Source: Candidatus Omnitrophota bacterium
GTDB taxonomy: Bacteria; Omnitrophota; Gorgyraeia; Gygaellales; UBA12090
Length of the DNA: 64,000 bases
Assembly: GCA_030674475.1 (NCBI GenBank)
Contig: JAUSCZ010000029.1
Coordinates: forward strand, 66,357 to 130,356
Direction: 5' to 3'
Positions 27,574 to 36,457 of the stretch are shown here, in pieces. Both the position numbers and the translations under genes were made by a program. The notes under the pieces are model-generated. The model had not been told where the DNA came from, did no database searches, and saw only the letters and a list, made by a program, of their open reading frames with translations. Each line of letters begins with the position of its first letter. The stretch's first letter is position 1.

Positions 27574-28053
27574 ATGCGAAAACTAAAATTATATTTGGAT
27601 ACTTCCGTTTGGAATTTCTTTTTTGCTGACGATGCGCCAGAGAAAAGAGATATAACCAAAATATTTTTTGATTCCATTCAGGAAGGTATTTATGAGATAT
27701 TTATTTCTGAAGTAGTGATCAGAGAAATAAATGATGCTCCTGAGCCCAAGAGAAAAGCATTGTTCGATTTAGTCAATAAATATGCTCCTACGGAATTAGA
27801 GACTACAGAAGAAGCAGATGAGTTGACCGAGTTTTATATGGAGCGCGGCATTATCCCGAAAGGTAAAAGAGCTGATGCTTTTCACGTTGCTATTGCTACA
27901 GCCCACGAGATGGATGCAATTATTACCTGGAATTACCAACATTTAGCTAACTTGCGAAAATCTGAGTTATTCAATGGGGTTAATTTAGAAAAAGGTTATA
28001 CTAAAAGATTAGAGATAGTTACACCTATGGAGGTGAGTAGATATGAAAGTTGA
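27574..28053 (+). CDS. PIN-domain protein (VapC-like ribonuclease)
   Basis: LYLDTSVW N-terminal acidic motif and DAFHVAIATAHEMDAIITWN, consistent with PIN catalytic residues. Confidence 0.7.
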   Translation: MRKLKLYLDTSVWNFFFADDAPEKRDITKIFFDSIQEGIYEIFISEVVIREINDAPEPKRKALFDLVNKYAPTELETTEEADELTEFYMERGIIPKGKRADAFHVAIATAHEMDAIITWNYQHLANLRKSELFNGVNLEKGYTKRLEIVTPMEVSRYES

Positions 28054-28212
28054 TAAGTCATTACAGGAAGTCTGGGACTGGAAGGATAAGGTTTACGAGG
28101 CGACGAAACATCTTTCTGTAAGAGAAACGGCCAGAAAGATCCATGAAGATGTGCAGCAGATTAAGAAAAAATACGGCTTAAAACTCAAGATGCTCCATCT
28201 ATCAGAGAAATA
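28042..28212 (+). CDS. Small ORF (56 aa) overlapping the PIN gene's 3' end; possible cognate partner
   Basis: ATG at 28042 overlaps the PIN stop. Sequence MKVDKSLQEVWDWKDKVYEATKHLSVRETARKIHEDVQQIKKKYGLKLKMLHLSEK has protein-like composition. Not in the ORF track because it is under 60 aa. Confidence 0.35.
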
Positions 28213-28219
28213 GGTTTAA

Positions 28220-28335
28220 GGATGTGGCGACGACATTGAGGTATTATGTGCCTGCCCCGTACAAAAATTGAAGATTTTGTATGGGGTGTTTCCGGAAGAT
28301 TTAGAAGAGGTAGCAGAGATGCTGACGGAAAAGTA
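28220..28335 (+). repeat. Direct repeat family F, copy 2
   Basis: ggatgtggcgacgacattgaggtattat ... agcagagatg, the same element as 27447-27560. Confidence 0.7.
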
Positions 28336-28398
28336 ATTTAATCTCGACAAGGAAATTTCAGAAAAAAAAGAAGTTCGTATATTAATTATTAGAACTAT

Positions 28399-29013
28399 AT
28401 GAAGTTCGATAAAATATTAAATTCTAAATTTAGTCTTCTTGTAACAGGATTTGTATTGACGGGTTTAATCGGATCTTTTCTGAGTTATCAATTTCAGAAT
28501 ATTTCATGGAAACGACAAGCACGCTTTGAAATAGCTAAGAGGCAGATAGAACAAGCAAAAAGCTCTATTGATGAAACGCTTTTACTAGCAAGAGAACGTT
28601 TTTATGCAATGCAAAAAGTTTTTTGGACACTCGAAAACTCAAAGTCAGATATCGCGGATCAATGGTGGAATGAATATTACAAAATCAAGGACGAATGGAA
28701 CATTATGGTAGGTGAATATCGCAGTAAAATTAAAATTTTCGTAGATCCTATGCTTGCATACGAATTGCTTGACAGAGATGACGCTAGGAATTATCCAAAA
28801 AAAGAAAGTTTGCACGCTATTTTTGTTGTAGCCCATTATAAACTTAAACAATTATTCGAATATGCTGGAAAAAACTCAGAAGAAAGATTTAAGATTGAAA
28901 AGGAAGCTTTGAATGCCCTATCAGAACTTGGGGATAATTTAGGTGATTTTTCTGATAGTTGCTATAAAATATATCTTAAAAAATACGATCTTTTAAAGAA
29001 TATTTGCAATTAA
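28399..29013 (+). CDS. Hypothetical membrane-anchored protein (no recognised domain)
   Basis: 204 aa with an N-terminal transmembrane helix. Markedly AT-rich compared with flanking genes. Confidence 0.5.
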   Translation: MKFDKILNSKFSLLVTGFVLTGLIGSFLSYQFQNISWKRQARFEIAKRQIEQAKSSIDETLLLARERFYAMQKVFWTLENSKSDIADQWWNEYYKIKDEWNIMVGEYRSKIKIFVDPMLAYELLDRDDARNYPKKESLHAIFVVAHYKLKQLFEYAGKNSEERFKIEKEALNALSELGDNLGDFSDSCYKIYLKKYDLLKNICN

Positions 29014-29060
29014 TTATATTCTAACAACTACATTCAGCGGACACTTCTATGGGGGTATAA

Positions 29061-29699
29061 ATGATCATGCAATTTGGATGGGCACTCGTAGTCATCTTCG
29101 GACTATCAAGCTTGGTTCAGGATGCGAACGCCGCTACGACAGCTACCGCTGAAGTGGGCGTGGTGACGTCCGTGTCAGAAGGCAGTCTTTATATCGGCGG
29201 CATCCCACACAGCATTGCAACGGTTAATACTGGTTATGGGGATAAGCGTGTTGCGGTTCCTACAATGGGCGGAATGCAGCCGCTTCAAGTCGGGGAGTCC
29301 TTGACATTTTCGGGTCCAAACATTTTTATCAATTCCGATCCGGTCATAAACACGCGCGAGGGTTATATTTTTCGAGCGTCCGAAAAGAGCATGGCTGCAT
29401 TCATGGCGGATATGACAAGCAAGGCTCAGGCTCAAGCGGAGAAAGCAGCGAAGAACGGCATCCCGAATGCGGTGCCAACGATGCTTATGGAAACACCGGC
29501 GCAATTGCAGGAAAAAGCTCAGACCCAAGCCGCCGATGCCGCAAAATGGCGAACAGACCTGTTGCTTACACTCTTATCGCTGATAGTTGTTTTGTTAGCG
29601 TTTGAAAGAATGCAGCGTATAATAGTAGTTCCCATGCGGTGGATCAAATCCCGGTTTGCAAAACGGCCAATGCCTAAGACCGAAGAACCTGTGCGTTAG
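29061..29699 (+). CDS. Hypothetical secreted protein with a C-terminal transmembrane anchor (no recognised domain)
   Basis: Signal peptide MIMQFGWALVVIFGLSSLVQDANA, C-terminal transmembrane helix LLLTLLSLIVVLLAF and a basic tail. GC-richer than neighbours. Confidence 0.5.
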   Translation: MIMQFGWALVVIFGLSSLVQDANAATTATAEVGVVTSVSEGSLYIGGIPHSIATVNTGYGDKRVAVPTMGGMQPLQVGESLTFSGPNIFINSDPVINTREGYIFRASEKSMAAFMADMTSKAQAQAEKAAKNGIPNAVPTMLMETPAQLQEKAQTQAADAAKWRTDLLLTLLSLIVVLLAFERMQRIIVVPMRWIKSRFAKRPMPKTEEPVR

Positions 29700-29745
29700 T
29701 TGACTGTCGCAAAAGTAGACCTTTTGCGACGTTGAAACAGAAAAC

Positions 29746-30081
29746 ATGAAGATAGTAGTTACTGAAAATGAAATAAAAACTTATAAGACGGAGGGCAATG
29801 CCTGCCTGCCGGCAAGGCAGGGTGTGGTTTCCGATAACCAAAGTCATAAATATCCTGATGATTTTATCAATAAAATTATCTGCGGCGATTGTCTTGAGTT
29901 AATTAAATCAATACCTGATAAGAAAATAGATTGCGTCATTACCGATCCCCCTTACGGCCTTAATAAGAATGGAATTAAAAATGATAAAGATTTAAGCTTA
30001 TTCTATAATATCCTCCCGGACTGTTATCGCGTTCTTAAAGATGACAGTTATTTTAGGCTTTTTGGAATCTCCAGCGGGTAA
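29746..30081 (+). pseudogene. Truncated DNA methyltransferase (N-terminal 111 aa, DPPY motif), interrupted by family D repeats
   Basis: IICGDCLELIKSIPDKKIDCVITDPPYGL, the motif IV of N6-adenine / N4-cytosine methyltransferases. The ORF stops about 170 aa short. Contains a palindrome E copy at 29807-29828. Confidence 0.55.
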
Positions 30082-30083
30082 GA

Positions 30084-30172
30084 TAGAAATCCTCCCCTTA
30101 CCAAGGGGAGGCCGCCGCCGCTGGCGGGGCAGGCGGGGAGGGAAGAAATCCTCCCCTTACCAAGGGGAGGCG
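30084..30172. repeat. Two tandem copies of palindromic repeat family D separated by a GC-rich spacer
   Basis: agaaatcctccccttaccaaggggaggc appears twice, the same as 20219-20256. Confidence 0.7.
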
Positions 30173-30560
30173 AGGAGGGGTAAGAAAAGCGGCTTTGTGG
30201 TAAACGAATGAATTTGCTCACTCAAAACTTCAAAGAACCTAAAATCTTTTAAGAATTCGTCTGACCTTTTGGGCAAGTCATCTGTTTCGGGGGATAAGCT
30301 AAGATATGTTATTAGCCAAAGTAACGTTCAAAATCTTTTAAATTTAATGAAAGTTTTCGGTATGGCCTCCAAACGTCATAATTACGATATTGTTCAAATT
30401 ATTCAAACATTGCTTAAAATAATTGGGTGATCATTATGCAAGGAAAATCGCGGAATTTTATAAAATTAAAATTGATAATACAGGTCCTGTTGATAAAATA
30501 GAGAAGACAATTAGAAATAGATTGAATAAGCTGGTTATTTGATGGTTTAAGTTTAAAATA

Positions 30561-31301
30561 ATGAGCTATAAGATAAAATTAGAGTTGTTTGAGGGGCCGC
30601 TGGATCTTTTGTTGTATCTGGTGAAGAAGGATCATTTGAATATCTGCGATATACCTGTTGCCCAGATTACCGACCAATACCTGCGGTATATGGAGCTGAT
30701 GCGCCTTTTGGACCTGAATATCGCCGGTGAATTCTTAGTAATGGCCTCTACCCTTATTCATATCAAATCCAAGATGCTACTTCCTCCTGAGCCTAAAGAA
30801 AATGAGCAAGAGGAAGAAGAGGATCCGCGTTCAGAATTGATTAAGAAGCTCCTGGAATATCAGAGATTTAAGGAGGCCGCCGGGCTCCTGCGCCAGAAAG
30901 AGCTCAGCCGTCAGAATATCTTTACCCGTAACCAGAGCCCCGTGCCGGTAAATTCCGGCGAAGAGGTTTATTTTGAGGCCAGCCTTTTTGACCTTCTCTC
31001 GGCTTTTTCCAAGGCCCTTAAAGATATCCCCCGGGAATTATTTTATGAGGTAATCAAAGATGAGTTCACAGTTGAGGAGAAGATTCACGATTTATTGCAT
31101 ATTCTTTTAAATGAGTCTTCTTTGCAGTTGAGCTATTTATTCGCTAAGGTTAAGAACCAGGTGGAAATGGTGGTTACTTTCTTAGCCGTATTAGAGCTTA
31201 TCCGCCTGAAAGAGATTGTTATAGTTCAGAAGGATATCTTCGGTGAGATTCAGGTTATCCGTAATCAGGAGAGAATAACTTCTTATGGGACAAGAGTATA
31301 A
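30561..31301 (+). CDS. scpA: Segregation and condensation protein A
   Basis: N-terminal ELFEGPLDLLLYLV signature. 246 aa. Confidence 0.85.
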   Translation: MSYKIKLELFEGPLDLLLYLVKKDHLNICDIPVAQITDQYLRYMELMRLLDLNIAGEFLVMASTLIHIKSKMLLPPEPKENEQEEEEDPRSELIKKLLEYQRFKEAAGLLRQKELSRQNIFTRNQSPVPVNSGEEVYFEASLFDLLSAFSKALKDIPRELFYEVIKDEFTVEEKIHDLLHILLNESSLQLSYLFAKVKNQVEMVVTFLAVLELIRLKEIVIVQKDIFGEIQVIRNQERITSYGTRV

Positions 31302-32352
31302 TCCGGTTTTAGTCAAGAATAAGAATAATAATCCAAAGAATGCTTCTTCCGCCCTGATTAAGGCCCAGGAGAGCGATGAAGACGTAGTTTTAAATCTTTC
31401 GCTGCGTCCGGCGAGGCTTTCGGAGTTTATCGGCCAGAAGGACCTGGCGGATAATCTAAAGATTGCTATTACCGCCGCGGGTATCAGGGGCGAGCCTTTG
31501 GAGCATATTCTTTTTGACGGGCCCCCCGGACTCGGAAAAACCTCGTTGGCCCATATCGTCTCTCATGAGATGTCCGGCAAAATTACCGCCACTTCCGGCC
31601 CGGCTATCGAGCGGGCCGGGGACTTAATCGGGATATTAACCAACTTAGAAAAAGGGGATATTCTTTTTATTGATGAGATACACCGGCTTTCCAAGGTGGT
31701 GGAGGAGTTTTTATATCCGGCAATGGAGAATTTTCAGATAGATTTTATCATTGATAAAGGCCCTTATGCCAAAACCATCAAGTTTAACCTTAAGCCCTTT
31801 ACTTTAATCGGAGCAACTACCAGGCAGGGGCTGTTGAGCGCGCCTTTAAGGGGAAGATTCGGGATGTTTTATCATCTTGATTTTTATGAAGTAGAAGACC
31901 TGGCTAAGATTATCCGCAATTCGGCCAAGCTTCTTAGCGTGGATATTGACGAGGAGGCCTGCCGCTGTATAGGACAGCGCGCCCGGGGCACCCCCAGGAT
32001 TGCCAATCGTCTTTTAAGAAGGGCTCGCGATTACGCCCAGGTGAATAAAATAAAAAACATTAATGCCGAAAGCGCCTGTAGCGCCTTAGATAACCTGGGT
32101 GTGGATACCATGGGCTTAGACGACTTTGACCGTAAGGTCTTAAGGACTATTGTCGAAACCTATAGCGGAGGTCCGGTAGGAATTGAATCCCTGGCCGCCA
32201 CCTTAAATGAAGAGATAGATACCCTGGCGGACGCGGTTGAACCCTATCTTCTTAAGGCCGGTTTTCTTAAGCGCACTCCCCGGGGTAGGGAAGCGATGGA
32301 TCTTGCCTTTACGCATTTGGGATTGCCGAGAAAACAAAAAGAGCTTTTTTAA
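31285..32352 (+). CDS. ruvB: Holliday junction branch migration ATPase RuvB
   Basis: Walker A GPPGLGKTS, Walker B FIDEIHR, arginine finger. Confidence 0.95.
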   Translation: MGQEYNPVLVKNKNNNPKNASSALIKAQESDEDVVLNLSLRPARLSEFIGQKDLADNLKIAITAAGIRGEPLEHILFDGPPGLGKTSLAHIVSHEMSGKITATSGPAIERAGDLIGILTNLEKGDILFIDEIHRLSKVVEEFLYPAMENFQIDFIIDKGPYAKTIKFNLKPFTLIGATTRQGLLSAPLRGRFGMFYHLDFYEVEDLAKIIRNSAKLLSVDIDEEACRCIGQRARGTPRIANRLLRRARDYAQVNKIKNINAESACSALDNLGVDTMGLDDFDRKVLRTIVETYSGGPVGIESLAATLNEEIDTLADAVEPYLLKAGFLKRTPRGREAMDLAFTHLGLPRKQKELF

Positions 32353-32480
32353 GCCTTTGCCGCCGATGGTGGCACCCCGCCATTCGGCGGTGGCAGCCTT
32401 CAGCGGTTGAGCTTTTAGCTGATAGCCGATGGCTTGCGCCGTAGGCGCATCCGCCTGCGGCCGAGAGAGCTGATAACGAA

Positions 32481-33011
32481 GTGAAAGTTTTACTACATAC
32501 CTGCTGCGGGCCCTGCGTTATCTATCCGCTGGAGATTTTACGTAAAGAAGGCTTTGAGGTGGAAGGTTATTTTTACAATCCTAATATCTATCCTCAAGAA
32601 GAATTTATAAAGCGCAGAGACGTTTTTTTAAGTTTCGCCGAGTCTGAAAAACTTAAAATTCATATTCCCCAATATAAGGAAGATGAGTATTATGGCGCGG
32701 TTACGGATAATCGCACACCTGAGCGCTGCCTAAGCTGTTGGGATTTAAGGCTTCTTAAAACCGCGGAGTTTGCCAAAGCAAATAATTTCTCCGTTTTTAC
32801 TACCGCCCTTTTGGTCAGCCCCTACCAGGACATTGAAGCAATAGGCACTATCGGACAGCGGATTTCTAAACATTTAGAGGTGGAATTTCTGTTTCGGGAT
32901 TTCCGAGCCGGTTTCCGGGAAGCCCACACCAAAGCCAGGGCCCTGGGTATGTATTGCCAGAAATACTGCGGCTGTAAGTGTTCTTTGGAAGAAAGGATGA
33001 TGAAACGGTAA
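32481..33011 (+). CDS. queH: Epoxyqueuosine reductase QueH (DUF208)
   Basis: LLHTCCGPC N-terminal cysteine motif and a C-terminal CGC motif. Confidence 0.8.
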   Translation: MKVLLHTCCGPCVIYPLEILRKEGFEVEGYFYNPNIYPQEEFIKRRDVFLSFAESEKLKIHIPQYKEDEYYGAVTDNRTPERCLSCWDLRLLKTAEFAKANNFSVFTTALLVSPYQDIEAIGTIGQRISKHLEVEFLFRDFRAGFREAHTKARALGMYCQKYCGCKCSLEERMMKR

Positions 33012-33235
33012 TGTCGGGCTTAGGGGATTTAGGAAAGATTTTGATATTTTTGGGGTTGGTGATTGTTTTGTTGGGCGTGTTTTTGCTTATCTTCGGTAAG
33101 ATTCCCTTTCTGGGAAAGCTTCCCGGAGATATTTATGTCAGCAGAAAAAATTTTACCTTTTATTTCCCTTTAGCGACATGTATATTGCTTAGTCTTATAC
33201 TTTCGCTTATCGCGCGCGTATGGTCAAAAAAATAG
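33011..33235 (+). CDS. DUF2905 family small membrane protein
   Basis: Two hydrophobic helices with the LPGDIY motif. ATG overlaps the queH stop. Confidence 0.5.
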   Translation: MSGLGDLGKILIFLGLVIVLLGVFLLIFGKIPFLGKLPGDIYVSRKNFTFYFPLATCILLSLILSLIARVWSKK

Positions 33236-34356
33236 CTGTTTTCTGGTTGTTTCTGGGGTTGAGTTTTATATATCCGGCCCGCGGCATTTATGCTGATGAA
33301 GCCGTGCGCATAGCCATACTTCAGGATTCTGCCTCTTTTTATCTTAGGGTTAAGGGCGCTTTTGAAATTCAGGATGAAAGCGGCAGGTCAGTTTATAAGG
33401 GGAAAAATCTTAAAAGCCGTCCGATTAAGGCTGATTCCGGAAAAATAATCCTTCCGGGAGCGGTTTTAAATCTTTCCCGGTTCAGGATATTTTCCAAGAA
33501 CGGGTATATCTATATAAATAATCGTCTTTATAGAGGAGTAGTCAGCATTATTCCTAAAGATACTACCCGTTTTTTAGTGGTCAACGAATTAGACCTAGAG
33601 CATTATCTGCGGGGAATCCTTTGTAACGAAATTGCTCCCTGGTGGCCGCTGGACGCCCTTAAGGCTCAGGCGGTGGTGGCCAGGACTTACGCCCTCTACC
33701 AAAGGCAGTTCACTAAAAACAAAGATTTTGATTTAACCAATGACATCTATTCCCAGGTGTATGGAGGCAAAACCTCGGAAAAATGGCGTTCCAACCGGGC
33801 GGTAGATTTGACCAAGGGTGAAATTTTAACTTTTAAGGGAAATCTATTCCCGGCCTATTATCATGCCGCCTGCGGCGGGCACACCGAAGACGCGAGCATG
33901 CTCTGGAAAGTTGATCTCGCGCCGCTTAAAGGTGTCCGGTGTGTTTTTTGCGCCGCTTCGCCGCATTTTAAATGGCAGGCTGAAATTTCATCTGAGGAGA
34001 TAAAATCTAAACTTTCAGCTAAAGGTTTTAAAATGGACTATTTTGATGAGATTGAAATCGTCAGCCTTAATCCCTCAGGAAGAATTAACGAGCTGGAAAT
34101 TAAAAGCGCGGACAATAGCTTAGTTATCAGCGCGAAGGATTTTCGTCAGGCCCTGGGCCCTAATTTAATCCGTAGTACGAATTTTACCCTGAAAATAATT
34201 TCCGCTAAGGTTTATTTCGCGGGATTAGGCTGGGGCCACGGAGTGGGGCTGTGCCAGTGGGGAATGCATGAACTGGCCAAAAGCGGAAAAAACTATAAAG
34301 AGATCCTGGAATACTATTACCCTGAATCCAAGTTAACCAGGAGATTATTATTTTAA
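33220..34356 (+). CDS. SpoIID/LytB domain protein
   Basis: Signal peptide. AYYHAACGGHTE motif of the SpoIID/LytB amidase-enhancer fold. Confidence 0.8.
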   Translation: MVKKIAVFWLFLGLSFIYPARGIYADEAVRIAILQDSASFYLRVKGAFEIQDESGRSVYKGKNLKSRPIKADSGKIILPGAVLNLSRFRIFSKNGYIYINNRLYRGVVSIIPKDTTRFLVVNELDLEHYLRGILCNEIAPWWPLDALKAQAVVARTYALYQRQFTKNKDFDLTNDIYSQVYGGKTSEKWRSNRAVDLTKGEILTFKGNLFPAYYHAACGGHTEDASMLWKVDLAPLKGVRCVFCAASPHFKWQAEISSEEIKSKLSAKGFKMDYFDEIEIVSLNPSGRINELEIKSADNSLVISAKDFRQALGPNLIRSTNFTLKIISAKVYFAGLGWGHGVGLCQWGMHELAKSGKNYKEILEYYYPESKLTRRLLF

Positions 34357-34468
34357 TTCTGAATACTTTATACAGTAATTTGTAGCGGTTGCCGTAAGGC
34401 AACGGATATTGCAGGGTCAGCGGACGCTGACCCCTACTATGGTAACAGCCCGCCAGGCGGGATAAAAA

Positions 34469-35143
34469 ATGAAAAAGCGCATCAAAATTCAAGGCCTGTC
34501 CATTTTTATTTCAATTGTGATAACCGTTTTTCTGCATAAATGGCTCTTTCCGCAATGGAAAAGGCAGTTGTTTAATGAATTATTTAATTTCTTGGGAGTT
34601 GTCTTGGTTTTATTCGGTTTCCTCTTTCGCGTTTGTGCCCGGGGACATAAGGAAGAAAAATCTTCCCAGGGCCGGAGCCTGGTTAAGGACGGACCCTACG
34701 CCCTGATAAGAAATCCCATGTATTTTGGCACCCTCTTAATCGGGATAGGAACCATAGCCATTCTTTTTCAATTTTGGACAATTTTTTTGTTTCTGGCAGT
34801 ATTTTTATTAATATATATTCCCCAGGTCAGAAAAGAAGAGGCTTTATTATCAGCAATATTTAAGGAGGAATACCGGGAATATTCTAAAGCCGTGCCCGGA
34901 TATTTTCCCCATATCCGGTCTTTATTAAATCTCCGGAAACATCTGGACTTAAAATTATCCTGGGTAAAAAAGGAGCTTTCCTCTTTTATTTTTACCATGA
35001 TAGTAATATCAGCCATAGAAATCTGGGAGGATACGTGGTTATTCGGCTTGCTTGAGCTTATAAAAAAGCCGCTGGAGTTAGTCTTGGTTATTTTATTTCT
35101 GGTTCTTCTTTTGTTTTTATTTCGTCAAAAAAAACTCAAATAA
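34469..35143 (+). CDS. Isoprenylcysteine carboxyl methyltransferase (ICMT/PEMT) family membrane protein
   Basis: LVKDGPYALIRNPMYFG ... EEALLSAIFKEEYREYSKAVP, the C-terminal ICMT signature. Multi-transmembrane. Confidence 0.6.
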   Translation: MKKRIKIQGLSIFISIVITVFLHKWLFPQWKRQLFNELFNFLGVVLVLFGFLFRVCARGHKEEKSSQGRSLVKDGPYALIRNPMYFGTLLIGIGTIAILFQFWTIFLFLAVFLLIYIPQVRKEEALLSAIFKEEYREYSKAVPGYFPHIRSLLNLRKHLDLKLSWVKKELSSFIFTMIVISAIEIWEDTWLFGLLELIKKPLELVLVILFLVLLLFLFRQKKLK

Positions 35144-36171
35144 TGTTTAACCTTTCAGATTTCGATTACTCTCTGCCTAAAGAGCTTATTGCTCAGGAAC
35201 CCTTAGCTAAGCGGGATTCTTCGCGTTTGCTGGTGGTTGACCGCCAGAAGAAAACCATCGCGCAACAGCTGTTTAAAGACCTGCCGAAATATCTCCAGGA
35301 AGACGATCTCCTGGTGTTGAATAATACCAAGGTTGTTCCGGCAAGGTTGTTAGGCTTTAAGAAAGACACCCTGGGTAAAGTTGATGCCCTTCTGGTAAGC
35401 AGGCTTTCCGATAATAAATTTCAAGTTTTACTCCGGCCAGCCTTAAGAGTTAATCAAGAAATTGTCTTTAACCACGGTTCAGTTAAAGCCAGGGTGATTG
35501 AGCCAGGGATCCTGGAATTTGACCAGGATGTATCTGCTGAAATTCTGGAGAAAATTGGGGTTATGCCTTTGCCGCCGTATATCAAAAGAACGCCCCGGCT
35601 TGAGGATAATCAGCGTTATCAGACCGTATATGCCCGCAATCCCGGAGCGATTGCCAGTCCCACCGCGGGATTACATTTTACCGCGGAGTTAATCGCCAAG
35701 CTAAAAAATAAAGGCGTAGAAATAGCGTATCTTAGCCTGCATACGGGATTGGGCACCTTTAAGCCGGTAAAAACCGAAGATATCCGGACCCATAAGATGG
35801 AAAAAGAGGAATTCCTCATTCCTCAGGAAACCCTGGAATTATTAAGCCAGGCCCAAAAGAATAAGCAAAGAATATTCGCCGTAGGCACTACCACCACCAG
35901 GGCGCTGGAGACTACCGCTCTTCAGCCGCTAGCCGCCCCTGCCGTTGGCGAGGCAAGCAGTCTTCATGGCTATGCTGATCTTTTCATCTACCCCGGCTAC
36001 AACTTTAAAGTGGTGGATTGCTTATTGACCAATTTCCACTTACCCAAGACTACTCTTTTTATGCTGGTGTGCGCCTTGGCCGGCAGGGATTTGATAATAC
36101 GGGCCTATCAGGAGGCGATTAAACAGAAATACCGGTTTTACAGTTACGGCGACGCGATGCTGATTTTATAA
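35143..36171 (+). CDS. queA: S-adenosylmethionine:tRNA ribosyltransferase-isomerase
   Basis: FDYSLPKELIAQEP N-terminus and the family pattern. 342 aa. Confidence 0.92.
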   Translation: MFNLSDFDYSLPKELIAQEPLAKRDSSRLLVVDRQKKTIAQQLFKDLPKYLQEDDLLVLNNTKVVPARLLGFKKDTLGKVDALLVSRLSDNKFQVLLRPALRVNQEIVFNHGSVKARVIEPGILEFDQDVSAEILEKIGVMPLPPYIKRTPRLEDNQRYQTVYARNPGAIASPTAGLHFTAELIAKLKNKGVEIAYLSLHTGLGTFKPVKTEDIRTHKMEKEEFLIPQETLELLSQAQKNKQRIFAVGTTTTRALETTALQPLAAPAVGEASSLHGYADLFIYPGYNFKVVDCLLTNFHLPKTTLFMLVCALAGRDLIIRAYQEAIKQKYRFYSYGDAMLIL

Positions 36172-36449
36172 ATCCAGAATAAAATTATGCAAAAAGAAGC
36201 CAGAGCCGGAATTTGAAAAGTTTGTCGCGATTTATAAGCCGGATAACAAATACGCGCTTCCAATAAAAAATTATCTCAAAGCGTATATTACAGATTCCGA
36301 AATTCGCGACATTGTAGAAACTAAAGAATACGGTCGATTTGCCACTAATCCAAAGGTTACCATGAAAGATTTTCGCGAACTCAACGGCTATCGCGAAGTC
36401 GTGCCGGAATATGTAAAGGACTATGTTTCTATTAACACTTTTATGTGAG
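36164..36449 (+). pseudogene. 5'-truncated gene fragment (protein-like open frame with no start codon)
   Basis: Frame opens after a TGA at 36161. It encodes ...KPEPEFEKFVAIYKPDNKYALPIKNYLKAYITDSEIRDIVETKEYGRFATNPKVTMKDFRELNGYREVVPEYVKDYVSINTFM. There is no ATG, GTG or TTG before the last 28 codons. Confidence 0.3.
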
Positions 36450-36457
36450 GAATTTTC

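Noticed and set aside
27447-28335. Calling the family F repeats integron attC sites outright
   Set aside because: There is no intI gene or attI site in the window, and the canonical attC core (GTTRRRY / RYYYAAC) could not be verified by eye. Kept only as one hypothesis in the findings.
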